In this document: positions 1-10,049 of the stretch, in pieces
Position numbering within the stretch: position 1 is the stretch's first letter
Layout of the letters: every line of letters starts with the position of its first letter
Assembly: GCA_965208835.1 (NCBI GenBank)
Contig: OZ242358.1
Location: 3,488,001 to 3,552,000, forward strand
Reading direction: 5' to 3'
DNA from: Candidatus Latescibacterota bacterium
GTDB taxonomy: Bacteria > Latescibacterota > UBA2968 > GCA-2709665
DNA: 64,000 nucleotides
The notes under the pieces: model-generated
Databases searched by the model: none
Seen by the model: only the letters and a program-made list of their open reading frames with translations
Told to the model about the DNA's origin: nothing
Translations under genes and position numbers: made by a program

Positions 1-256
1 CGTATTCGGAATGGACCATGAACAGGAATCCGCCGGCAATTTCCGAGATCTTGAAACTGCGCCCGGTCCGGCCGTACTGCATATTCAGGTCCTCCACGTA
101 CGCACGCACGTCTCCAGCCCGCGCTCCATCGAGCAACGAAGCGATCTGGCTGGCGCCTAGCGGTCTGTCAGACGCCATCAACAGGGCTTCCACAATGCCC
201 TGATTGCGCGCATCTTCATCCGACGCGGCCGGGTCAATGCCTTGCGACTCGCCCAT
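1..256 (-). CDS. scpB: SMC-Scp complex subunit ScpB (5' part, runs off window start)
   Basis: Manual translation from ATG at 256: MGESQGIDPAASDEDARNQGIVEALLMASDRPLGASQIASLL...LNMQYGRTGRSFKISEIAGGFLF; typical ScpB N-terminus; directly downstream of scpA. Confidence 0.88.
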   Translation of the reverse strand, partial: MGESQGIDPAASDEDARNQGIVEALLMASDRPLGASQIASLLDGARAGDVRAYVEDLNMQYGRTGRSFKISEIAGGFLFMVHSEY

Positions 257-318
257 TACATCCCGATTAAATCGAAGCTCCAACGGACTGTAAAATGCCT
301 TGTTTGATTGTTTCGCCG

Positions 319-1122
319 TTAACGATCAGGCGCCGGTTCGGGATCGGGTTCTGACTGATCTTCTTCTCGCCTGTAAACCCAGATTTCACCTTTCGAACCG
401 CTCTGTCTTGCAAGTGCTCGCCCGGCTTTAATGAGCTCGAGCAGGGCGATGAATGTGACGATCAGGACAATTCTCGGAAGTCCCGATACCAGGTCAGAAA
501 ACTGAACCCGATTCCTTTCCTCCAGTATGTTACGGACGACCTCCATCCGATCCTCGGTCGTGACTTCCAGTTGATGTATCTCGTGGTAATCCGCTTTCGG
601 AGCGGCCAGGAGTGCCGTTCGGAACGCGGACATCAGATCGAAGAGACTTACGGAACCAAAGGCTGCAAGCGGATCCTGTTCGGGCTCGTCGACTCCTCCG
701 GTATCCAGCGCGGCGCCCCGATAGAAACTGTCCCGATGCGAATCCTGTTTGTCTTCGAGCCAGATGGCCACTTCCTTGAATTGCTGGTATTCCAGCAAAC
801 GCCTTACAAGTTCTTCTCTGGGATCTTCTTCGTCTTCATCGGCATCGGGGTCCGCCGGCAGCAGCATACGTGACTTGATTTTCATCAACGTGGCCGCCAT
901 CACCAGAAAATCTCCGGCAGGTTCCAGATTGAGCGTCTGCATCACTTCGACGAACTCCAGAAACTGCCGCGTGACGTCGGCGATGGGGATATCGTAGATG
1001 TCGATCTCGTCCCTGCGAATCAGAAAGAGCAGCAGGTCCAGCGGCCCCTCGAAAACGTCCAGCTTCAGTCCGTAGGTATCGTCTCCGGCGTTTCCCGGGA
1101 CTGCCGGCGCTTCGGCATTCAT
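319..1122 (-). CDS. scpA: Segregation and condensation protein A
   Basis: FEGPLDLLLFLIRRDEIDIYDIPI, GDFLVMAATLMKIKSRMLLP and TFIALLELIK motifs; likely start ATG 1122 after AAGGGAG RBS (ORF track starts 1185). Confidence 0.95.
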   Translation of the reverse strand: MNAEAPAVPGNAGDDTYGLKLDVFEGPLDLLLFLIRRDEIDIYDIPIADVTRQFLEFVEVMQTLNLEPAGDFLVMAATLMKIKSRMLLPADPDADEDEEDPREELVRRLLEYQQFKEVAIWLEDKQDSHRDSFYRGAALDTGGVDEPEQDPLAAFGSVSLFDLMSAFRTALLAAPKADYHEIHQLEVTTEDRMEVVRNILEERNRVQFSDLVSGLPRIVLIVTFIALLELIKAGRALARQSGSKGEIWVYRREEDQSEPDPEPAPDR

Positions 1123-1157
1123 TCGAGCGATCTCCCTTGACGTCCGGCCCTCGTTGT

Positions 1158-1667
1158 TCAATCCATGAAGAGATACGGCCGCCAACGACGGTCCGGCACG
1201 CCGATCAACTGGCTGATGGTGGTAACGGTGGTGGGCCTGCGGGGACGGCGCAGCAGGTTGATTCCCGCCTGTTCGGGCGTTTGATTGCCTTTGAGATTGT
1301 TACACGGCAGACAGGCACACACCAGATTCTCCCAGGTATCCCGTCCGTTTCCTGTCCGGGGAACCACGTGATCGACCGTCATCGGTCCCTTCCTGGTACC
1401 GCAGTACTGGCAGCGGTGTCCATCCCGTTTCAGGACGTTCTTCTTCGACAGTGCGAGCTGTCTGGGCGCCACGCGTACGTAAATGCCCAGACGGACCACG
1501 CTTGGGACCGGAAACCGGTCCGAAACCGTGCGGACACACAGATCCAGCGCTTCGATAACCTCGGCCCGGCCGCGAAACACGAGAACGATAGCCCGACGCA
1601 CACTACACACCTGGATGGGTTCGTAACTCTGATTCAGGACCAGAACCGGCCGATTCAGCAATGGCAT
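1158..1667 (-). CDS. HNH endonuclease (McrA-like/HNH_5 type)
   Basis: VLVLNQSYEP N-terminus; RDGHRCQYCG...TVDHVVPR..G.DTWENLVCACLPCNNLKGN zinc-binding HNH motif. Confidence 0.92.
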   Translation of the reverse strand: MPLLNRPVLVLNQSYEPIQVCSVRRAIVLVFRGRAEVIEALDLCVRTVSDRFPVPSVVRLGIYVRVAPRQLALSKKNVLKRDGHRCQYCGTRKGPMTVDHVVPRTGNGRDTWENLVCACLPCNNLKGNQTPEQAGINLLRRPRRPTTVTTISQLIGVPDRRWRPYLFMD

Positions 1668-1825
1668 ACATCCCCTCTTGCAACAACCCCGAAGCGAAGA
1701 AAATAAACGTCGTCGACAGGGTTGAACGCATGGCGAGTGTCCCGGTTGTTCGCCGTGAGCAGATGCGTCTGCAACCGGGTTGAATCAGCACCCGCGATGC
1801 GCTAAGGATTTGACTTAACAGAAAA

Positions 1826-1854
1826 AAAATAAAGCCTTTACGAAACGATGTCAA
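1826..1854 (-). promoter_or_regulatory. Putative sigma70 promoter for HNH-scpA-scpB
   Basis: TTGACA-17 nt-TATTTT on the minus strand in an AT-rich intergenic stretch. Confidence 0.5.
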
Positions 1855-1984
1855 GCGCTTACCCTGCGCAAGGTGCCATATCGCAATCTGTATTTCCGAC
1901 CGGTATTCGCACGTGGCTGGCCGCCCCGGAAATCCTGTGTTTTCGGGCTGCAATCGGCGACGGAACGGAGGACTATATTGGCAG

Positions 1985-2371
1985 CTATCCGTCTTCGACG
2001 AGTGCGCCGTAAGCCTGCGGGCTGAGAAGCGGTTCGAGTTCTTCGCTGCAGGTCATCCGAACCACAACCATCCAGCCCTCGCCGTACGGATCTGCGTTGA
2101 TCGGAGACGCATCCTCGCCAAGTTCATCGTTAACCTCGAGAACGACGCCGGACACGGGCGCGTAAAGGTCTTCCACCGTCTTCACCGCTTCGATCGTACC
2201 AAAGGGCTGACCCTGCTCGATCTCGGCACCCTGTTCCGGTAATTCGGCAAAAACGATATCACCCAGCTCACCCTGAGCATAGTCTGTGATGCCTATCGTG
2301 CCCCGTTCGCCCTCGACCCGAATCCACTCGTGCTCTGACGTATAAAGAAGGCCGTCCGGAATTTCCGACAT
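1985..2371 (-). CDS. gcvH: Glycine cleavage system H protein (lipoyl carrier)
   Basis: LYTSEHEW, GITDYAQGELGDIVF, EAVKTV lipoyl-Lys, INADPYGEGW; start ATG 2371 after GGAG. Confidence 0.96.
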   Translation of the reverse strand: MSEIPDGLLYTSEHEWIRVEGERGTIGITDYAQGELGDIVFAELPEQGAEIEQGQPFGTIEAVKTVEDLYAPVSGVVLEVNDELGEDASPINADPYGEGWMVVVRMTCSEELEPLLSPQAYGALVEDG

Positions 2372-2466
2372 GATTGTTGGCTCCAAGATGAAGGTGGTGT
2401 TTCCAGACCGGGGCCGCCAGCCGTCCTTTTAACGGATGCCTGACGTTTCTCCGGTCTTGCCGACGT

Positions 2467-3825
2467 TCAACCTCCGTATCCCAATCTGGATACGAAATCC
2501 GTGTCGATCCGACCCTGGCGGAAGTCGGAGTGCCCCATCGCGCTGATATGAAACGGGATGGTTGTTGGAATTCCCTCAATGACGAACTCGTCAAGGGCAC
2601 GGATCATGCGCGCGGTCGCTTCCTCCCGCGTGTCGCCATACGCCAGCAACTTTGCGAGGAGTGAATCATAATGGGAAGGGACCCGATAGCCGGCATATGC
2701 GTGTGAATCGACCCGTATACCCGGTCCCCCCGGCGCGTGGAACGTGCTGATTTGTCCCGCGGAAGGACGGAAGTTGTGATCCGGATCTTCCGCGTTGATG
2801 CGGCATTCAATGGCGTGCCCCTTCGGCTGTATGTCCGCCTGGGCGAAGGGGAGCGGCTCACCGGCGGCCACGCGGATCTGCGTCTTGACCAGATCGAATC
2901 CGGTTACCAGCTCGGTGACCGGGTGCTCGACCTGAATGCGGGTGTTCATTTCAAGAAAATAGAAGCGACCGGACGCATCCAGCAGAAACTCCACGGTTCC
3001 TGCGCCCGTGTAACTCACCGCCATGGCCCCCGCAACGGCTTCTCTGCCCATTCGCCGGCGCAGGTCCTCGTCGACCACTGGCGACGGCGACTCCTCGATC
3101 AACTTCTGATGGCGTCTCTGGATGGAACACTCGCGCTCACCCAGATGTACGATGTTGCCGGCCTGGTCGCCCATGACCTGGATTTCCACGTGCCGCGGCG
3201 CCACGACTTCCTTTTCCAGATAGAGCGTTCCCGACGTGAACGCCGCGGACGCCTCGGCCTGCGCTGCATTCCAGGCGCGCTCGAGGCCCTCCGCCGAGTC
3301 GACGGTGCGCATGCCTCTGCCGCCGCCGCCTGCAACGGCCTTCAGGCGGATCGGGTAACCGATCTCTTCGGCCGCAGCCTGCGCCTCTTCAAGTGCGTTC
3401 AGTACACCCGTGCCCGGCGCCACAGGAACGTCCGCAGCCAGCATCGTTTCCCGCGCAACGGCTTTGTCGCCCATCCTTCGAATGGCATCCGGAGACGGTC
3501 CGATGAATACGATCCCGCACGAAGCGCACATCTCCGCGAAGTCCGCGTTTTCGGCCAGCGGCCCGTAACCCGGGTGAATCGCATCGGCGTTCGTTACTTC
3601 CGCGGCGCTCAGAATGCGAGGGATGTTCCGATAGCTCTGGTCTCCGGGAGGAGGCCCGATGCAGACATCCTCGTCGGCAACGCCAACGTGCAGCGAATTG
3701 CTATCGGCTTCGGAGTGTATTGCGATCGTCCGGATGCCCAGTTCCTTGCATGCCCGGATCACACGCACGGCGATTTCGCCCCGGTCCGCTACAAGGATTT
3801 TATCGAATAAGGGAGTGGATGACAC
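2467..3825 (-). CDS. accC: Acetyl-CoA carboxylase biotin carboxylase
   Basis: [66 protein letters not shown]. Confidence 0.97.
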   Translation of the reverse strand: MSSTPLFDKILVADRGEIAVRVIRACKELGIRTIAIHSEADSNSLHVGVADEDVCIGPPPGDQSYRNIPRILSAAEVTNADAIHPGYGPLAENADFAEMCASCGIVFIGPSPDAIRRMGDKAVARETMLAADVPVAPGTGVLNALEEAQAAAEEIGYPIRLKAVAGGGGRGMRTVDSAEGLERAWNAAQAEASAAFTSGTLYLEKEVVAPRHVEIQVMGDQAGNIVHLGERECSIQRRHQKLIEESPSPVVDEDLRRRMGREAVAGAMAVSYTGAGTVEFLLDASGRFYFLEMNTRIQVEHPVTELVTGFDLVKTQIRVAAGEPLPFAQADIQPKGHAIECRINAEDPDHNFRPSAGQISTFHAPGGPGIRVDSHAYAGYRVPSHYDSLLAKLLAYGDTREEATARMIRALDEFVIEGIPTTIPFHISAMGHSDFRQGRIDTDFVSRLGYGG

Positions 3826-3878
3826 GACAGTTCTGGTGGGACGGCGGTTTGGGCCGCCGCATCATTGAAGGAAGCGCC

Positions 3879-3974
3879 TTAGAAGCTGTTTTAAAACTAC
3901 CGGTGAGTTCCCGAGCGCGAGCGAAAAAGTGGCGGCAGCGTGAAGACCACTGGGAAATCCAAAACAGCTCCTTA
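3879..3974. mobile_element. ~90-bp MITE-like insertion between accB and accC
   Basis: TTA|GAAGCTGTTTT...AAAACAGCTCC|TTA: 11-bp terminal inverted repeats (10/11 match) flanked by a TTA direct repeat; the right TTA is the accB stop codon. Confidence 0.6.
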
Positions 3975-4439
3975 AAGCGGTTCGATGAGGAAAAGAGGCG
4001 TATTGTACTCAACCGGATTGCCGTTCTCGACGAGGACACGGACCACCCGGCCCTTTGTATCCGCTTCAATTTCATTCATAATCTTCATGGCTTCGATGAT
4101 GCACAGGGTCTGCCCGACCGACACGACGTCGCCCTCCTCCACGAAGACCGGCGAATCCGGGTTGGGCGCACGATAGAACATACCGACCATCGGAGAACTG
4201 ATACCGTGCAGGCCTTCGGTATCGTCTGGTTCTGCGGGAGCGGGCGTATCGTCCGAATCGGCCGCCTGCGGTGCGACCTGGGCAACCGGCTGGACGGCGG
4301 CCGCGTTGATTCCCGCGGCGACGCGAATTCTCTTATACCCCAGAACGCCGCGCTCTATTTCAATTTCCCGGACCTGGTCTTCGCCAACCAGCTCGATCAA
4401 CCGCTGCAGGGTCTCCGCCATGGCTTTGGAGAGTTTCAC
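3972..4439 (-). CDS. accB: Biotin carboxyl carrier protein
   Basis: SPMVGMFYRAPNP, IIEAMKIMNEIEA biotinylation motif. Confidence 0.96.
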   Translation of the reverse strand: MKLSKAMAETLQRLIELVGEDQVREIEIERGVLGYKRIRVAAGINAAAVQPVAQVAPQAADSDDTPAPAEPDDTEGLHGISSPMVGMFYRAPNPDSPVFVEEGDVVSVGQTLCIIEAMKIMNEIEADTKGRVVRVLVENGNPVEYNTPLFLIEPL

Positions 4440-4532
4440 GCGCGCTCCTTAACTAGTGGACGACGGCCGGTAACAGGGTAACGGGTCGCGTCGGCCGCAA
4501 TGCTACCGAAATCAACCTCCGGCGCACTCCGA

Positions 4533-5090
4533 TCAGATTCGTTCCACGTACGACTCCGTTCGGGTATCTATCTTCAAAACGTCGCCCCGTTCAACGAATA
4601 GGGGCACCTGTACGGAAGCTCCCGTTTCCAGCACGGCCGGCTTGCTGCCACCGCTGGCGGTATCTCCCCGCAGCCCGGGGTCGGTTTCCGTAACCTCCAG
4701 CTCGACGAATATCGGCAACGCGACGCTCACGGCGTTTTGCTCCGCGACCAGAATTTCCAGTATCTCATTTTCTTTCAGATATTTAACCGCGTCTCCCATT
4801 ACCTCCGGAGGCAGTTCGAACTGATCGTACGTCTCATTGTCCATAAAACAGAACAGATCGCCGGATTTGTAGAGATATTGCATCTTGCGCCGTTCGAGCC
4901 GAACATCGTCCACTTTGTCTCCTGAACGAAACGTCCGGTCGATCATTGCGCCCGTCTTCACGCTCTTGAGGCGGGTACGCACGACGGCTGCGCCCTTGCC
5001 CGGCTTAAAGTGTTCGAACTCGACCATATAATAAAGGTCGCCGTCCAGGCGCAGGACCATTCCATTTCTGAATTCGGACGTTGAGACCAT
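4533..5090 (-). CDS. efp: Translation elongation factor P
   Basis: KPGKGAA loop, TDPGLRGDTASGGSKPA.LETG, VPLFV..GD.LKIDTR. Confidence 0.97.
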   Translation of the reverse strand: MVSTSEFRNGMVLRLDGDLYYMVEFEHFKPGKGAAVVRTRLKSVKTGAMIDRTFRSGDKVDDVRLERRKMQYLYKSGDLFCFMDNETYDQFELPPEVMGDAVKYLKENEILEILVAEQNAVSVALPIFVELEVTETDPGLRGDTASGGSKPAVLETGASVQVPLFVERGDVLKIDTRTESYVERI

Positions 5091-5099
5091 CGTTCGGCA

Positions 5100-5897
5100 T
5101 TACCCTCCCATGCACGCGCCATCCATCTTCCGAAGTTCCTTCAGTCTTTTTCTAAGACGCTTATTGTCCGGTTCGCGCTCACAAACTTGCGTCAGGACGG
5201 CCACGGCCTCCTCGATCAACCCCTGCACCACGTACAACTCGGCCAGGGTGGAGGTTGCAATCGGCACGATTTCAGAGTCGGCATCCACGGGCCGGTCTTC
5301 AACGTGGCCACGATCGTCAAGAAGGTCCCGCAGCAGAAAGGAAAAATCCTCACGTTCCGCCACGGGCTGGTTTTCCTCGACCGCTGCATCCGACGCCACG
5401 GGCCCCGTCTCATCGCCGGGCCGGAATCCTGAGGCTGGGCCGGCTTCCGCCTGCGCATCAGCATCCATCTCGGCAACCAGCAGCCGACTCAACGGATCGA
5501 CCGTCAGGGCGCACCTGAAATAATGCTGCGCCCTTTCCTCGGAACCCAACTTTCTTTCGATCCTGCCGAGCAGCCAGCTGGCTGAAGGATTGTCGTGATC
5601 CAGCGCGAGTGTATCGTGTAGCTCCCGGCGGGCGTCTTCCAACCGTCCGGCAGCCAAGTGGCACCGGCCCATGACAAGATGGCCGGTCGGGTAGAACGGG
5701 CGATACCTCAGGCCCTTACCGCAGATCTCCGACGCGCGGTCAACGTTACCCCGGCGCAGCAGCTCATCGGCGAGGCGCGCAAACAGGATCGAAGCCGGAT
5801 TCCTGCTGCATATTCTTTCAAGCTTTGCAAGGGATGCGGCCGTCATCTTCTCACCACCCCGTTCAGTGTCCCGTCCCTGAAACGGGTGACCACTCAT
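5100..5897 (-). CDS. Tetratricopeptide repeat protein
   Basis: TPR-like helices (FARLADELLRRG, GHLVMGRCHLAAG), acidic linker, C-terminal ATSTLAELYVVQG repeat. Confidence 0.8.
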   Translation of the reverse strand: MSGHPFQGRDTERGGEKMTAASLAKLERICSRNPASILFARLADELLRRGNVDRASEICGKGLRYRPFYPTGHLVMGRCHLAAGRLEDARRELHDTLALDHDNPSASWLLGRIERKLGSEERAQHYFRCALTVDPLSRLLVAEMDADAQAEAGPASGFRPGDETGPVASDAAVEENQPVAEREDFSFLLRDLLDDRGHVEDRPVDADSEIVPIATSTLAELYVVQGLIEEAVAVLTQVCEREPDNKRLRKRLKELRKMDGACMGG

Positions 5898-6125
5898 CCG
5901 GTCTTGCCGTTCAGCTTGCGCTGCCCTTGCTGAGCCAGTCCAAGCCAGCCTGTCGAAGCGCCTTCACTTGCCGACGCTGGGCCCTTTCTGGCGCTGCCTC
6001 GTCTCGGCGCCGATGTAAACTGCAGGGTCTCTCGTTTCAAGCCGACGGCTGATTCCTGTATTTCCTGCTCGGTACGGCCGTATTGCGGCAATCCATTTCC
6101 CGAACCGGACACCAAACCGGGGGAA

Positions 6126-6154
6126 AGTATATGTAAAAGACCAATGCTTGTCAA
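6126..6154 (-). promoter_or_regulatory. Sigma70 promoter for the TPR-efp-accBC-gcvH run
   Basis: TTGACA-17 nt-TATACT on the minus strand. Confidence 0.7.
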
Positions 6155-6360
6155 GGCCGCCACAAAGAGGCCGTTCGCCGGGTTCCACGCCGAATGGCTG
6201 GATGAAATCGGACACGCCCGCAATTGGCGGCGCCGGAGCCGCAAGAATACACGAGAACCAGTGGCGTGCCGTGTCGGTTTCAGGCCTGAAGCCGGGGCGT
6301 ATTTTACCGGGATTTGCCTTGTGCGAATATGGGCGATGTGCTATATTCAAAGCCGTTTAG

Positions 6361-6514
6361 CAGTCCGTTGCTAGAGTCGCTCTGCAGGCGAGGCGTTGTG
6401 GCCGAAGACAAGGTGCGCGACCGAGTCCCATCCAGCGATTCGGCGAGGGAGCGCAACACAGTATTTCGACCGCAAGGGCCGGGCGCAGCCCGGATGGGCT
6501 CTTTCAACGGGCTG
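6361..6514 (-). mobile_element. MITE-like repeat family A, copy 1
   Basis: Reverse complement reads CAGCCCGTTGAAAGAGCCCATCCGG...GCCTGCAGAGCGACTCTAGCAACGGACTG; flanks TTAG/TTAT; homologous to five other copies. Confidence 0.85.
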
Positions 6515-6560
6515 TTATGACGCAATTTCGCACCCGTCCTGTCCGCTCGTGGAGGCGGTA

Positions 6561-7082
6561 ATGGAACTCATCAAGCTGTTTGTATCATTCACAAAAGTTG
6601 GCATCTTCGCTTACGGCGGCGGACCGTCCATGATTCCGCTGGTTCAGGAGGAAGTCGTTGACGTGCACGGCTGGATGACCATTGAAGAATTCACCGACGC
6701 ACTCGCCATGGGCTACGCCCTTCCAGGTCCTATCGCCACGAAAATGGCAGCCTACATCGGTTATCAGGTCGCGCAGACCCCTGGCCTGATCGTCGCCCTT
6801 CTGGGCACGGTCTTTCCGTCTCTCCTTCTGATGATGATCCTGGGACTGTTCTTCATGGCGTACAAAGGCGCGCCGGCAGTCCAGGCAATGCTGAAGGCGG
6901 TCCGGCCGGCGGTGGTCGGTCTGCTTCTGGTGGTGGTCTGGCAGATGGCGCCCAAGTCGGTGACCTCATGGCACACAGGTCTGATCGCGCTGGCAGCCTT
7001 TGCCGCCATCCATTTTCTGAACCTTCATCCAGCCATTGCTATCGTCAGCACGGCAGTGCTGGGTCTGGTCGTCTACCGCTAG
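6561..7082 (+). CDS. Short-chain chromate transporter (CHR family)
   Basis: FTKVGIFAYGGG, W.T.EEF.DALAMG..LPGP, AAYIGY, RPAVVGL; GGAGG RBS before ATG 6561. Confidence 0.9.
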   Translation: MELIKLFVSFTKVGIFAYGGGPSMIPLVQEEVVDVHGWMTIEEFTDALAMGYALPGPIATKMAAYIGYQVAQTPGLIVALLGTVFPSLLLMMILGLFFMAYKGAPAVQAMLKAVRPAVVGLLLVVVWQMAPKSVTSWHTGLIALAAFAAIHFLNLHPAIAIVSTAVLGLVVYR

Positions 7083-7124
7083 TTCGGCGGTTCCGGCGTC
7101 ACGCTCCCGGGGGCTCATATTCAA

Positions 7125-8153
7125 ATGAAGGACTACTCGATCCTCGAACGTAAAGCGCTGAAAAACAATCCCTTAAGCGATCGGGAAATGCTGGCGGCAC
7201 TCGATACGCCGGACGAAGACCTGCTTCTGCTGATTCACGCGGCTTATCGGGTTCGCCACCACTTTTTCGGGAACAAAGTACGGCTGCACGTTTTGCAGAA
7301 TGCCAAAAGTGGACTGTGTCCGGAAGATTGCGCGTACTGCTCCCAATCCGCAGTGTCGACCGCGGCCATCGACAAATATCCGCTGTTGCCTCGCGAGCAG
7401 ATTCTCGACGGCGCCAGAAAGGCCAAGGCGGGAAAGGCACTGCGGTATTGCATCGTCACCAGCGGAAGAGGCCCCACGGGCAGAGAAGTGGAGACCGTTG
7501 CCGACATCGTGCGCGAAGTCAAACAGACCGTCGATATCGACATCTGCTGCTGTATGGGGCTGCTGGACGAAGCACAGGCCAGAACGTTGAAAGCAGCCGG
7601 CGTGGACCGGATCAATCACAACCTCAACACCAGTGCCGGACATCATGGCAACATTGTTACCACGCACACCTACACGGACCGGTTGAATACCCTTAAAGCC
7701 GTCAAGGCCGCCGGACTCGAAACCTGTTGTGGAGGAATCATCGGGATGGGTGAATCCAAGCAGGACATCGTCGACCTTGCTGTCGCGGTTCGGGAACTCG
7801 ACATCGATTCGATTCCCGTCAACTTTCTGCACCCCATAGATGGCACGCCCCTTGCCGGGCGCAAACCGATGTCGCCTCAGGAAGGCCTGAAGGTTCTGTG
7901 TTTGTTCCGCTTTGTCAATCCGAATAAGGAAATCCGTATGGCGGGCGGACGGGAACTCACGCTCGGGTCCCTCCAGGCCCTGGCCCTCTATCCGGCGAAC
8001 TCCCTGTTTATGGAAGGTTATCTGACAACCGGAGGACAGTCCACCTCGGAGACCCATCGACTCATCGACGACATGGGATTCGAAGTCGAAGAGCAGTGGA
8101 AAACTGAAGATGGAACGAACGTGCCGGCAGGCACGTTGATTGCAGTCACATAA
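7125..8153 (+). CDS. bioB: Biotin synthase (radical SAM)
   Basis: NAKSGLCPEDCAYCSQS (CxxxCxxC), NHNLNTS, CCGGIIGMGE, SIPVNFLHPIDGTP, IRMAGGRE. Confidence 0.96.
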   Translation: MKDYSILERKALKNNPLSDREMLAALDTPDEDLLLLIHAAYRVRHHFFGNKVRLHVLQNAKSGLCPEDCAYCSQSAVSTAAIDKYPLLPREQILDGARKAKAGKALRYCIVTSGRGPTGREVETVADIVREVKQTVDIDICCCMGLLDEAQARTLKAAGVDRINHNLNTSAGHHGNIVTTHTYTDRLNTLKAVKAAGLETCCGGIIGMGESKQDIVDLAVAVRELDIDSIPVNFLHPIDGTPLAGRKPMSPQEGLKVLCLFRFVNPNKEIRMAGGRELTLGSLQALALYPANSLFMEGYLTTGGQSTSETHRLIDDMGFEVEEQWKTEDGTNVPAGTLIAVT

Positions 8154-8168
8154 CGCCTCCCGCAACCT

Positions 8169-10049
8169 ATGTGGACCTACGATAAACACTACGATATCAT
8201 CGTTGTGGGCGCGGGGCACGCCGGAACCGAGGCGGCCCTGGCGGGCGCGCGCATGGGGTGCCGCACGCTGCTATTGACGATGAATCTGGACACGGTCGCC
8301 CAGATGTCCTGCAATCCGGCGGTCGGAGGGATTGCGAAGGGCCACATGGTGAGGGAAATCGATGCCCTGGGCGGCGAGATGGCGCGGAACATCGACGCGA
8401 CGGGGCTGCAATTCCGCCTGCTCAACCGGAGCAAAGGGCCCGCGGTGCAGGCCCCCCGGGCCCAGGCCGACAAAAAAGCATACCAGTTTCGGATGAAGTA
8501 CGTCGTGGAAAGTCAGCCGAACCTGGATCTCAAGCAGGGCCTTATTGAAGACCTGCTGGTTGACGAGGGACAGATCAGGGGCATCCTCACCAGATCCCGC
8601 ACGGTCTTCCTGGGCCGGACCGTCATTCTGACGACGGGCACGTTTCTGAGAGGCCTTATCCACGTCGGGGACCGGTCTTACAGTGCGGGTCGCGCCGGTG
8701 AAGGTTCCGCCGAGCGGGCATCCGGCGGCCTTCGGCAGTTGGGGTTTGAGCTGGGGAGGCTGAAAACGGGGACCCCGCCGCGGATCAATTCACGCAGCGT
8801 GAATTACAGTGTGATGGATGTCCAGCCCGGTGACGAGCATCCGTGTCCGTTCTCGTTCCGCACCGGGGCCATCACACAGGAACAGCTCCACTGCCACATC
8901 ACCTGCACCACACCGGAAACCCACGAAATCATCAGACGGAATCTGGATCGATCCGCGATGTACAGTGGCCGTATCCAGTCGGTGGGCCCGCGGTACTGCC
9001 CTTCAATTGAAGACAAGATTGTCAGGTTCGCAGACAGGGAGAAACACCAGCTCTTTGTGGAGCCCGAAGGCCGTAACACCCTGGAAGTCTACCTCAACGG
9101 TTTGTCAATGAGCCTGCCTGAAGACGTTCAGGTTGAGGTCGTTCGCAGCGTAACCGGCCTTGAAAACGCGGAAATCATGCGGCCGGGTTACGCCGTTGAA
9201 TACGACTACGTCCCCCCGAACCAGATCCTTCCCACCCTTGAAACCAAGCCCGTCGGCGGTTTGTTTTTCGCCGGGCAGATCAACGGCACCACGGGCTACG
9301 AAGAAGCGGCCGGACAGGGCCTGATGGCGGGCATCAATGCCGCGTTGCAGGTCCGGAACGAGGACCCGCTCATTCTGGACCGCGCCCAGGCATATGTTGG
9401 CGTGCTGATTGACGATCTCACGACCAAGGGTACCGAAGAACCGTACCGCATGTTCACCGCATCGGCGGAATACCGTCTGTTGTTGCGGCACGACAACGCC
9501 GACCTTCGGCTGACCGAAACCGGCCGCAAGATCGGGCTGATATCTGACAGCGCGTACGAGTCCTTCAAGCGTCGCGCGGGCGCAATCGTCGCCGAACAAG
9601 ACCGCCTGAAGCGGGTGAGGGTTCCGCCCTCTGACCGGGTCCAGCAATGCCTGCGGAAAGCCGGCACAACCCCTCTCGCTCAGACCGTGCCCCTGATCGA
9701 TCTGTTGCGCAGACCGCAGATCGACTACAGGTTTGTTCAGGCGGTGGCGCCGCCGCCTGAACCGTTGCCTCCGGATGTGTGCCATTCAGTTGAGGTGGAG
9801 CTCAAGTACGAAGGCTACATTCAGCGCCAGAAGGCGCAGGTGGCCAGATTTCAGGATCTGGAGGCAATGCACCTTCCAGAAAACTTCAACTATCTCGACC
9901 TTCCCGCCATCTCCCGCGAAGCTGCGGAAAAGCTCGCCCGGGTGCGCCCTCACTCGCTGGGTCAGGCTTCACGGATTCCCGGTGTTTCACCCGCTGATAT
10001 CTCAGCCCTGATGGTCATCCTGAGAGCCCGTGCGCGAGGCGCGGCATGA
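8169..10049 (+). CDS. mnmG: tRNA uridine-5-carboxymethylaminomethyl modification enzyme MnmG/GidA
   Basis: VVGAGHAGTEAA, MSCNPAVGG.AKG, RLKTGTPPR, GPRYCPSIEDK, GQINGTTGYEEAA. Confidence 0.98.
   Translation: MWTYDKHYDIIVVGAGHAGTEAALAGARMGCRTLLLTMNLDTVAQMSCNPAVGGIAKGHMVREIDALGGEMARNIDATGLQFRLLNRSKGPAVQAPRAQADKKAYQFRMKYVVESQPNLDLKQGLIEDLLVDEGQIRGILTRSRTVFLGRTVILTTGTFLRGLIHVGDRSYSAGRAGEGSAERASGGLRQLGFELGRLKTGTPPRINSRSVNYSVMDVQPGDEHPCPFSFRTGAITQEQLHCHITCTTPETHEIIRRNLDRSAMYSGRIQSVGPRYCPSIEDKIVRFADREKHQLFVEPEGRNTLEVYLNGLSMSLPEDVQVEVVRSVTGLENAEIMRPGYAVEYDYVPPNQILPTLETKPVGGLFFAGQINGTTGYEEAAGQGLMAGINAALQVRNEDPLILDRAQAYVGVLIDDLTTKGTEEPYRMFTASAEYRLLLRHDNADLRLTETGRKIGLISDSAYESFKRRAGAIVAEQDRLKRVRVPPSDRVQQCLRKAGTTPLAQTVPLIDLLRRPQIDYRFVQAVAPPPEPLPPDVCHSVEVELKYEGYIQRQKAQVARFQDLEAMHLPENFNYLDLPAISREAAEKLARVRPHSLGQASRIPGVSPADISALMVILRARARGAA

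Noticed and set aside
1158-1667. HNH nuclease as an IscB/Cas9-like or defence effector
   Set aside because: Only 169 aa, no RuvC or PLMP motifs, housekeeping context
5894-6350. Small ORFs upstream of the TPR gene
   Set aside because: They overlap a clear TTGACA/TATACT promoter and have no motif or RBS support
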